32,000 nucleotides of DNA from Phycisphaera mikurensis NBRC 102666. Lineage in GTDB: Bacteria > Planctomycetota > Phycisphaerae > Phycisphaerales > Phycisphaeraceae. The position numbers were made by a program, and so were the translations under genes. The notes under the pieces were generated by a model. The model made no database searches and had not been told where the DNA came from. It saw nothing but the letters and a program-made list of their open reading frames with translations. Shown here piece after piece: positions 1-11,262 of the stretch (position 1 is its first letter; each line of letters starts with the position of its first letter). The DNA is taken from the NCBI RefSeq assembly GCF_000284115.1, contig NC_017080.1:120001-152000 (forward strand). Direction: 5' to 3'.

Positions 1-1
1 C

Positions 2-271
2 GGCTTCGTCGGGCCGCTGATCATCTGGGCGGTCAAGAAGGACCAATCCGTCTTCATCGCCACCGAGAGCCGCGAAGCGCTCAACTTCCAGATCACGATC
101 GTGCTGGGGTTTCTGGTCCTCGGCGTCGCGACGTGCCTGACCTTCGGCCTCGCGGGGGTGCTCTTCCCGCTGCTGTTGATCTACTCGCTGGTGTTCTCGA
201 TCATCGCGGCGCTCAAAGCCAAGGACGGGGTCCCCTACCGGTACCCGCTGACGATCCGGCTGGTGAAGTGA
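2..271 (+). CDS. DUF4870-like small membrane protein, C-terminal part (5' end outside window)
   Basis: Open frame from base 2 to TGA 269-271 translating as GFVGPLIIWAVKKDQSVFIATESREALNFQITIVLGFLVLGVATCLTFGLAGVLF...; the 'GPLIIWAVKKD...EALNFQI' pattern and two hydrophobic segments resemble DUF4870/Tic20-like proteins. Confidence 0.75.
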   Translation, partial: GFVGPLIIWAVKKDQSVFIATESREALNFQITIVLGFLVLGVATCLTFGLAGVLFPLLLIYSLVFSIIAALKAKDGVPYRYPLTIRLVK

Positions 272-374
272 GGCGGCGCCGGGGGCTCAAGGAGCCGGCG
301 GCCCCCTCCCGTGCCGGCCGCGGACGGGTTGCCGACGCCCGGAGAGCCGGCCCGGCCCTCCCTACGCTGCACGC

Positions 375-1481
375 ATGAGCGAACAGCCTCCCGTCGAGAA
401 GGTCGTGATCATCGGCTCGGGCCCCGCCGGGTGGACGGCGGCGATCTACGCGGCGCGGGCCGACCTCAAGCCGCTGGTGTTTCCGGGCCGCGCGGCGAAG
501 GGGCTCAACCCCGGCGGGCAGCTGATGCTCACCTCCGACGTCGAGAATTACCCGGGCTACCCCGACGGCCGGACGGGCCCGGAGATGATGCACGACTTCT
601 TCCACCAGGCGATGCGCTTCGGCACGCGCGTGGTCACCGACGACGGGCCCAAGGACGCCGACGCGCTGGCGCAGGACACGCTGTACCAGCTGTTCCAGGA
701 CGTCGCGGAGGTGGACCTCGCGTCGCGGCCGTTCCGCGTGCGCGGCGACCGCGGGCACGAGGTGCTCGCCGAGACGGTCATCATCGCGACCGGGGCGAAG
801 GCCAACTGGCTGGGCCTCGAGAACGAGAAGCGGCTGGCGGAGTCCGGCGGCGGCGTCTCCGCCTGTGCCGTGTGCGACGGCGCGCTGCCGATGTTCCGCG
901 ACCAGCCGCTGGGGGTCGTCGGCGGCGGCGACACCGCCTGCGAGGAGGCCACCTACCTGGCGAAGTTCGCCAGCGAGGTCCACCTCTTCGTGCGGCGCGA
1001 CGAGCTGCGGGCGAGCCGGGTGATGGCGGATCGTGTCACGGGCCACGAGAAGATCCGCATCCACTGGAACACCGAGGTGACCGACGTCGCCGGCGACCAG
1101 AAGGTCACCGGCGTCGACACGATCAACAACGCGACCGGAGAGGCCGGCCACCGGGAGCTCAAGGGCCTGTTCCTGGCGATCGGCCACACGCCGATCACCG
1201 GCTTCCTCCGGGGGCAGCTCCCCGCGGACGAGGCGGGTTACCTCCGCGTGAAGGACCCCGGCCGCAGCACCACCGAGGTCGACGGCGTCTTCGTCTGCGG
1301 CGACGTCGCGGACCACGTGTACCGCCAGGCGATCACGGCGGCGGGCATGGGCTGCAAGGCGGCGATGGATGCCGAGCGCTTCCTCTCCGAGCACGGCGAG
1401 GCGCCCGAGGGCATCGGCTCGCCGGAGGCGCAGTGGGCGGGCGCGACCGCCGAGGCGGGCACCGAAACCGTCCGCGGCTGA
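375..1481 (+). CDS. trxB: thioredoxin-disulfide reductase
   Basis: 368 aa; N-terminal VVIIGSGPAGWTAAIYAARADLKPLVFPG FAD motif, CAVCDG redox active site, second GGGDTACEEA NADPH motif, C-terminal GVFVCGDVADHVYRQAITAAGMGCKAAMDAE. Confidence 0.96.
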   Translation: MSEQPPVEKVVIIGSGPAGWTAAIYAARADLKPLVFPGRAAKGLNPGGQLMLTSDVENYPGYPDGRTGPEMMHDFFHQAMRFGTRVVTDDGPKDADALAQDTLYQLFQDVAEVDLASRPFRVRGDRGHEVLAETVIIATGAKANWLGLENEKRLAESGGGVSACAVCDGALPMFRDQPLGVVGGGDTACEEATYLAKFASEVHLFVRRDELRASRVMADRVTGHEKIRIHWNTEVTDVAGDQKVTGVDTINNATGEAGHRELKGLFLAIGHTPITGFLRGQLPADEAGYLRVKDPGRSTTEVDGVFVCGDVADHVYRQAITAAGMGCKAAMDAERFLSEHGEAPEGIGSPEAQWAGATAEAGTETVRG

Positions 1482-1724
1482 GGCCGCGGACCGTGCGGCC
1501 GGGGCGGCCTCTCGAGCGGCGGTCCGCGGCCCCGTGCGGCTTCCCGCGGTTTCTCGGGCGGCCGATGCCCGGGTGCCACGCCCGCTTGCGGAGTGGGGTG
1601 TCCGCGGGACACGCGGCCGATGCGGGCCTCCGCCGGCGTCGCCTCCGGCGATCACCACCCCGCGAGCGGCGTGGCACCCGGGCCGGTGCATCGACGGGAG
1701 CCGGTGGGTTTCTCGAAATGCGGA

Positions 1725-2924
1725 TCAGCCGGCTTGGCCCAGCGTCTCGGGGTCGAGCAGGCGCCCGGCCGCGGCGGCCTTTCGGAGGGCTTGGAGGAGG
1801 CCGGGCACCACGCGCTGCACGCCGCCGGCGGTGGGCCGGTCGACCACGCATCCGGCGGGCAGGTCCTCGACCTCCGCCGCCGCGTGCAGCGCCTCGATCG
1901 CGTGGGCGTGGGCGAGCCCCGCCCCCAGCGTGGCGTACGGCGCGTCCGGCCGCGGGACGCCGCGGCACAGGTCGACGAAGCGGGGCAGGACGCGGGCGCG
2001 GACCGCGGCCCCACCGCAGCTGACGGCCACGCGGTCCGCGGGGGCGAAATCCGGGTCGCCGGGCTCGAGCTTCCACAGCCGGCGGCCGCGGCGGCCCCGC
2101 AGCAGCACCTGCGGCTGCAACGTCTCCTCGGCCGCGTGGGTGAGGTGGAGGTCCAGCCGCACCCCGGGCCTCACGCAGCCCGGGCCCAGGGCGAAGCGGG
2201 CGCTGACGGTGTCGAAGCTCTCGATCGCCGCCGCACGCAGCAGCCGGCCGGCGGCGGCCACCGGCGTGGCGGCGACCAGGTCGTCGTCGCCGGCGAAGAA
2301 CAGCCCGAGCATCAGATAATGAGCCAGCGCGTTGTTCGCGGGGCTGTCACGCACCCACGCGTCGGCGTGCCGCAGCCGGCCGGCCCAGCCGTTGCGGCCG
2401 AAGTAGGCGTCGTCGCGCGGCCAGCTCGCCAGCACCGTCACCGACTCCAGCTCGCCGATGCCGCCGGGGCCGTGCGCTTCCCGCTTGAAGCCGAGCACGG
2501 CGGGATCGAAGAGGTCGTGGAAGCCCACGGCGGCGGGCAGGCCGCTGGCCGCGGCGGCGTGCACCAGCGCCGCGGCGTCCTCCACGCAGCCCGCGAGCGG
2601 CTTCTCGCAGAGCAGCGCCTTGCCCGCGGCGAGCGCGGCCTCGCCGAAGGGCCGGTGCAGCGAGATCGGCACGGGCAGCCAGGCGGCCTCGACGCCGGGC
2701 ACCGCGAGGGCAGCTTTGAAGCAAGCGTGGACGTCCACGCCGGCCGCACGCAGCAACTCGATCCGCCCGGCGCCCGCGGGGTCGTCCGCGGCGGGGTCGC
2801 CGGCGGACACCACCCGCACGCGCGGTTCGGCGAGAGCGAGATCGGTGACGTCGCGGGCGAAGCCGTGCAGGCCCGCGAAGCACAGCCCCAGCGGCGCCCC
2901 CTCCGGTCCGGCCGCCTCAGGCAA
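1725..2924 (-). CDS. Gfo/Idh/MocA family oxidoreductase
   Basis: 399 aa; ALLCEKPLAG motif (EKP), following AAxxGLPAAVGFHDLFDPAV region and overall layout typical of the family; apparent TTG start at 2924-2922 overlapping the upstream gene's stop by 8 nt. Confidence 0.75.
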   Translation of the reverse strand: MPEAAGPEGAPLGLCFAGLHGFARDVTDLALAEPRVRVVSAGDPAADDPAGAGRIELLRAAGVDVHACFKAALAVPGVEAAWLPVPISLHRPFGEAALAAGKALLCEKPLAGCVEDAAALVHAAAASGLPAAVGFHDLFDPAVLGFKREAHGPGGIGELESVTVLASWPRDDAYFGRNGWAGRLRHADAWVRDSPANNALAHYLMLGLFFAGDDDLVAATPVAAAGRLLRAAAIESFDTVSARFALGPGCVRPGVRLDLHLTHAAEETLQPQVLLRGRRGRRLWKLEPGDPDFAPADRVAVSCGGAAVRARVLPRFVDLCRGVPRPDAPYATLGAGLAHAHAIEALHAAAEVEDLPAGCVVDRPTAGGVQRVVPGLLQALRKAAAAGRLLDPETLGQAG

Positions 2925-3237
2925 GGTGGAACACCCGCTCGAGGAGGACCAGCGAGGTGTCGGCGGCCGCGCCCGGCAGCGGCTCGAAGAAGGGGGTCAT
3001 CGCCGCCTGCCACCGGGCGTTGACCGGCTCGTCCTGCATGCCGTCGATCGACGCCTGGAGGTCGTCGGCCTCCACCACGCCCACCAGCAGCCCGTCGCCG
3101 CGGAGATACAGCGAGTAGTCGCGCCAGCCGCGACGTGAGAGTGCCGCGAGCATCTCCGGCCAGACGTCTGCGTGGGCGGCCTTGTAGTCGTCGAGGCGAT
3201 CGGGGCGGACCTGGAGGGTGAAGCAGTGACGCGGCAT
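2917..3237 (-). CDS. L-rhamnose mutarotase-like protein
   Basis: 106 aa from ATG at 3237: MPRHCFTLQVRPDRLDDYKAAHADVWPEMLAALSRRGWRDYSLYLRGDGLLVGVVEADD...; 'H..VWPEML' and 'YSLYL' match the mutarotase family (DUF718). Confidence 0.88.
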   Translation of the reverse strand: MPRHCFTLQVRPDRLDDYKAAHADVWPEMLAALSRRGWRDYSLYLRGDGLLVGVVEADDLQASIDGMQDEPVNARWQAAMTPFFEPLPGAAADTSLVLLERVFHLA

Positions 3238-3400
3238 GCGGAGCCGAAGGTAGAGGCACCGCCGCCTCCGCGGGCTCCGAGACACCGCCACCGGGGCGTC
3301 CGCCGCCGGTTGGCGGGCGGGCGGCCGGCGGGCCGATGGTTCGGCACGCGCCGCCGCCACGCCCGCACGCCCGCCCGAACCCGACACGAGCCGAGCCGCT

Positions 3401-4393
3401 TTGCCCTTCCCGCGATTCCGCCCCGACAAGCCGACCGCCCGCGGCAGGAAGAGCAGCGGCTGGGACCCCGCCGCCACGCTCGCCGGCCTGCGGCTGCTGG
3501 GCACGGCCGCCGCGCTCGCGGCGGCGGTGCTGGGCTGGCGGGCGCTGGAGGCGGGCCTGCTGGCCCACGCCCGGGCCGAGCACGGCGCCGCCGTGGGCGA
3601 CGCCGACGTCAGCCTGCGGGACGCGCCCGCCTGGGTCGCCGCCAGGCCGGCGCTCGCGGCGCGGATCCGCGCCGCCGTGGCCGAGGTGGTGCCGGCCGAC
3701 CCCTTCGACGGCGCCGGCCTGGCGCGGGCGGCGGCACGCCTCGCCGAGGACCCGTGGGTGGCCGCGGTCGCCCAGGTCCGCCGCACGCCGGCCGGCATCG
3801 AGGTCGAGGCGGACTGGCGCGAGCCGGTGGCGTTGGTGCGGGCCCGCGACGGCTACCACGTCGTCGATGCCGGGGGCCGACGCCTCGAGGGCCCGGCCGA
3901 TCGGTTCGGCACCGGGGCCGGTGGCGAGCTGCTGCCGGTGATCGTCGGGGTGTCGCAGCCGCCGCCGGCGCGGGCCGGCGACCGCTGGGCCGGCGCCGAG
4001 GTCGACGCCGGGCTCTCGCTGGTCGCCCGGCTCCGCGGCGAGGCCTTCGCCCCGCAGATCGAGGCGTACGACGTCGGCCAGCGCGACCCGCGGACCGGCC
4101 GGCTCTCGCTGGTGCTGCGCACGGATGCCGGCTCGGTGGTGTGGGGCCGGCCGGCCGATGCGCCATTCGCCGCCTCGGAGGTCTCCACCGAGGAGAAGGT
4201 CCGCCGCCTGCACCAGCTCGCCGACGCCTACCGCGGCCGCATCGACGCCGGCGGCCGGGTGATCCGCATCTACGGCGAGCGGATGCAGTACGACGAGCGT
4301 TCGGAGGCGCGGGCGGCCACCGCGGGCGCGGTCGTGGGCGCGGGCGGCGCCCGCGGCCTCGGCCACCCGGCGGCGTACGGTCCGGCCCGTTGA
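3401..4393 (+). CDS. FtsQ/DivIB-like protein (POTRA-type periplasmic domain), tentative
   Basis: 330 aa; one N-terminal TM segment, then a LAEDPWVAAVAQVRRTPAGIEVEADWREPVALVRARDGYHVVDAGGRRL stretch resembling FtsQ POTRA/beta domains. Confidence 0.5.
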   Translation: MPFPRFRPDKPTARGRKSSGWDPAATLAGLRLLGTAAALAAAVLGWRALEAGLLAHARAEHGAAVGDADVSLRDAPAWVAARPALAARIRAAVAEVVPADPFDGAGLARAAARLAEDPWVAAVAQVRRTPAGIEVEADWREPVALVRARDGYHVVDAGGRRLEGPADRFGTGAGGELLPVIVGVSQPPPARAGDRWAGAEVDAGLSLVARLRGEAFAPQIEAYDVGQRDPRTGRLSLVLRTDAGSVVWGRPADAPFAASEVSTEEKVRRLHQLADAYRGRIDAGGRVIRIYGERMQYDERSEARAATAGAVVGAGGARGLGHPAAYGPAR

Positions 4394-5133
4394 GCCCGCC
4401 CGACGAGAGCCCGAGCCCCGCCGCCCCACCCCCACGCCCGCCCCGCGCCGGCGGCGGGCTGGGCACCCGCGAGGTCGTGCTCGGCTGGTGCCTGTGGCTG
4501 ATCGGCAGCTGGGTGCTGGTGCTCGGGGCCGCCGGCGGCATCCCCGCCGCCGGCCCCACGCACCGCTGGATGAGCTTCATGGCCGCGATCGGCGTGACGG
4601 CGGTCTGGCCGGCGCTGCGCCTCTCCCAGGAAGCCCGCGACCGCCGCGGCCGGCCCACCGACGCCCCCCTCTCCCGCGGTGCGGTGCTGCTGGATTGGGT
4701 GGCCCTCAACCTGGTGTTCCAGGCGGTGCTCTGGCCGATGGCCTTCGTCGGGGGCTGGTCGCTGCCGCAGGCGTTGCTGCTGGGCGGGACGATCGCCGCC
4801 TGGTCGCTGCTCGCCGGGCTGATCGTCGCCTGGGGGCGCGCCTTCGACCGCGGCTCCGCCCGCACCGCCGCGATGGGCGGCTGCCTGGCGGTGCTCCTTC
4901 TCGAGCCGCTGGTCCTGCTCGCCGCCGTCGTCGCCCGCGGCGGCGGCTGGGGCGGCCTGCCCGACCTGCGGCTGTCCCCGCTGCAGGCCGTCTTCGCCTA
5001 CAGCGGACCCGCCGCGCGCTTCGCCCACGCCGACCCGGCCTTCGCCTCGCGGGTGCTCGGCGTGGGCGCCGCGGCCGTGCTGGGCTGGGTCATCTTTCTC
5101 CTGGCCGGCCCACGCGGCGGGCCGGGGCGTTGA
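4390..5133 (+). CDS. multi-pass integral membrane protein of unknown function
   Basis: 247 aa from TTG at 4390 (TTGA overlap with the upstream stop); several hydrophobic helices (EVVLGWCLWLIGSWVLVLGAAGG..., ALLLGGTIAAWSLLAGLIVAWGRAF, CLAVLLLEPLVLLAAVVA). Confidence 0.65.
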   Translation: MSPPDESPSPAAPPPRPPRAGGGLGTREVVLGWCLWLIGSWVLVLGAAGGIPAAGPTHRWMSFMAAIGVTAVWPALRLSQEARDRRGRPTDAPLSRGAVLLDWVALNLVFQAVLWPMAFVGGWSLPQALLLGGTIAAWSLLAGLIVAWGRAFDRGSARTAAMGGCLAVLLLEPLVLLAAVVARGGGWGGLPDLRLSPLQAVFAYSGPAARFAHADPAFASRVLGVGAAAVLGWVIFLLAGPRGGPGR

Positions 5134-5720
5134 GCCCCGCGCCGGCCGATCCCGCCGTCCGCGCCTTCCGCCACTGCGGCGGCTGCGGCCGCCCCGGCCC
5201 GCGTGCCGAGGGCACCGCCGCCGTCTGCGGGGCCTGCGGCTGGTGCTTCTTCACCAACGTCGCCGCGGCCGCCGCCGTCCTCCTCGAGCTCCCCGGCGAC
5301 CCCCCGCGGCTGCTGCTGGTCCGCCGGAGCCGCGAGCCCGCCGCCGGGCGGCTGGGCATCCCCGGCGGCTTCGTCGACGCCGGCGAGATCGCCGAAGCCG
5401 CCGCCCGCCGCGAGCTGCGCGAGGAGCTCCGCCTCCGGCTCCCGCCCACGCCGCTGCGCTTCCTGTGCACCGCGAGCAACGCCTACCCCTACCGCGGCGT
5501 CGTGTACCGCACGCTGGACACCGTCTTCACCGCCCCGCTGGCTGCGGTCCCCCGCTGGTTCGACGCCGCGGAGATCGGCGCCCTCGTTCCCACCGACCCC
5601 TTCGCCGTCGGCGACGACGAGCTGGCCTTTCCCGCCACCCGGGCCGCGCTCGCGGCCTGGCGGGCGGCACGGCGGCCGGCGTCGTCCACCGGCCCGCGGA
5701 CCGCCGGGCCCAAGAGCTGA
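5130..5720 (+). CDS. Nudix hydrolase with N-terminal zinc-ribbon
   Basis: 196 aa from TTG at 5130; FRHCGGCG...CGACGW zinc ribbon then Nudix box [26 protein letters not shown]. Confidence 0.9.
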   Translation: MSPAPADPAVRAFRHCGGCGRPGPRAEGTAAVCGACGWCFFTNVAAAAAVLLELPGDPPRLLLVRRSREPAAGRLGIPGGFVDAGEIAEAAARRELREELRLRLPPTPLRFLCTASNAYPYRGVVYRTLDTVFTAPLAAVPRWFDAAEIGALVPTDPFAVGDDELAFPATRAALAAWRAARRPASSTGPRTAGPKS

Positions 5721-5880
5721 ATCCGGCCGCGGTCCGCGGGTCCGCGGACGCCCCAGGGTCCGCGTTGGCGGCGGCCGGCTCCGCGGGCCGCCGACCGGGG
5801 CACAGCGAGCGGCCCGGGAGCGCCCCCGCCCGGCGGCGGCGCTCCCGGCGGCCCCGCCCGGGCTCTACCTTCCGCTCCCC

Positions 5881-8282
<2,402 letters not shown>

Positions 8283-8286
<4 letters not shown>

Positions 8287-8744
8287 GCCCACCCCCTCCC
8301 GCCCCGCCCGCCTTCCGCTTGAGCACCGCGCAGAAGGTCGGCGTGTCCGCCGTGCTGATGCTCGCGGTCGCGTCGCTGGCGGCCGTGGTGGCCGCCGTGT
8401 ACTTCGACGTGACGGGCCCGTCGCCGGACGGGGCGCCCATCCTCGTGCCCGCCGGCCTGATCGCCGCCTGGTCCGCCATCGGCGTCGTCTTCGGCGTCGG
8501 GCTGCTCTCGCTGGTCCCGCCGCTGCTGCTGGCGGCCGGTTCGGCGGGCCCGCAGGCCGCGCCGCTGGGCTTCATGGCCGGGCTGATGACCCGCCTGTTC
8601 GGGACGCTGATCGGCGCCCTGGTGGGCACGCTGGGGCTCGGGCTCGCGCCGCGCCCGTTCCTCCTGACGCTGGCGGTGGTGTACGTGATGCTGCTCCCGG
8701 CAGAGCTGATCGGGCTGCCGAGGGTGAACCGCGGCGGCGACTGA
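8283..8744 (+). CDS. small integral membrane protein, unknown function
   Basis: Open frame (track gives GTG 8280; GTG 8283 overlaps the upstream TGA as GTGA); four hydrophobic segments, e.g. [23 protein letters not shown] and [28 protein letters not shown]. Confidence 0.6.
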
Positions 8745-8756
8745 CGCGGCGACGCG

Positions 8757-9473
8757 GCGCCGGGCCGTCTCGGGTTCAGTCGGCGTCTACATCGGCGGAG
8801 TGGATGTGGCGGCTCGGGCGGACGGATGTGCTGGAAGCGGAAAACCCGCCCGGCCGCGGCTTCGGGCCGCGTCGGTTGCAATCAGCTTCCACATCGACGG
8901 AGTCGATGAGCCACCTGAGCGGGTGGCTCATCCACTCCGTGGATGTGGCGGCTCGGGCGAACGGAGGAGCGGGAGCGGGGAACGACGCCCGGTTGCGGCT
9001 TTGGGCCGTCTCGGTTGCAACCCGCTTCTACATCGACGGAGTCGATGAGCCACCTGAGCGGGTGGCTCGTCCACTCCGTGGATGTGGCGGCTCGGGCGAA
9101 CGGAGGAGCGGGAGCGGGGAACGACGCCCGGTTGCGGCTTCGGGCCGTCTCGGTTGCAACCCGCTTCTACATCGACGGAGTCGATGAGCCACCTGGGCGG
9201 GTGGCTCATCCACTACGTGGATGTGGCGGCTGAGGCGGACGGATGTGCTGGAAGCGGAAAACCCGCCCGGCCGCGGCTTCGGGCCGTCTCGGTTGCAATG
9301 AGCTTCTACATCGACGGAGTCGATGAGCCACCTGGGCGGGTGGCTCGTCCACTCCGTGGATGTGGCGGCTCGGGCGAACGGAGGAGCGGGAGCGGGGAAC
9401 GACGCCGGATCGCGGCTTCGGGCCGTTTCGGTTGCATTCGGCTTCCACATCGACGGAGTCGATGAGCCACCTG
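8757..9473. repeat. tandem array, 139-bp period, 4 complete copies plus one truncated copy and a rearranged leading fragment
   Basis: GTGGATGTGGCGGCT occurs at 8800, 8939, 9078, 9217 and 9356, exactly 139 nt apart. Copy 5 loses homology after GAGCCACCTG at 9473. A partial copy (CGGGCCGTCTCGG..GTCTACATCGGCGGAG) precedes copy 1 at about 8761-8799. Confidence 0.97.
8889..8948. repeat. 60-nt imperfect palindrome (27-nt arms, 6-nt loop), the first of four equivalent copies spanning the unit junctions
   Basis: CCACATCGACGGAGTCGATGAGCCACC - TGAGCG - GGTGGCTCATCCACTCCGTGGATGTGG: 25 of 27 positions pair. Equivalent structures start at 9028, 9167 and 9306. Confidence 0.93.
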
Positions 9474-10092
9474 CGGGCGCCGCTTCGGGCCCAAGCGCCG
9501 CGGTCCGCCCCGCTTTTCCCGTTCCCTCCCGGGTTTCTCCCCGCCCTGCCCACCCGTTTCGCCCCGCGGGCCTGTCGCGGGCGCTGTGGACAACCCCGGG
9601 CGCTGCGCACGGCGGCGCCCGAGGGAGGCGACGACCCGGACAGGCGGTGCGGCGTCCGGGATCCCCCGGCGGGTCCTGCCGCGACAGCCTCACCGGGAAC
9701 TGACGCTCTGCGCCAGCTCCCGCGACAGTTTCCACCGAGCCCCTGGGATTCACGCAAGGACCGTTCTGAAAGCAGCTTGCCCCTCGATGACCGAAGCTTT
9801 TCCCCTTGGCGCCAGCCAACAAGACGGCCTCCGGAGGATTCTCATCTGTTCCTGACTTCTTCCTCGCCCACCCGGGGAGACCGAGCCGCCCGGCGCCGCG
9901 AGGGGCATCGGCCCAACGGGTACGGTGGCTCCAGCGGGGCCGGGAAAAACTTTCAAGACCCGCCCCTCCCCCGCCCCGCCCCGCCCCGCCGCGCCGCGGA
10001 TTGCGGGGCGTGCCGGCCCTCCGCGGCGGCGGTCCGCGGTCCAGGCGGCCCCGGCCCGCTCCGCCCGCTCCCCGCCCCCGTAGCGTCACCCC

Positions 10093-11157
<1,065 letters not shown>

Positions 11158-11262
11158 GGCGGACTGCAGCCGGGACCGCAAACGGGCGATACGGGCCGGC
11201 CCCTCGCTCCCGCTAGCCTGCGAACCGACGACCGACCCCCCCGACCGACGGCGACCCCGCTC

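Noticed and set aside
8800-9465. Repeat-protein ORFs through the tandem array (tracks 8800..9048, 8804..9187, 8943..9233, 9082..9465)
   Set aside because: The period 139 is not divisible by 3, so each ORF reads successive copies in different frames. The ORFs are overlapping and partial, and they simply reflect open frames in GC-rich repetitive DNA.
8757-9473. CRISPR array
   Set aside because: Repeats are 139 bp and contiguous with no unique 25-45-nt spacers between short direct repeats. No cas genes are visible nearby.
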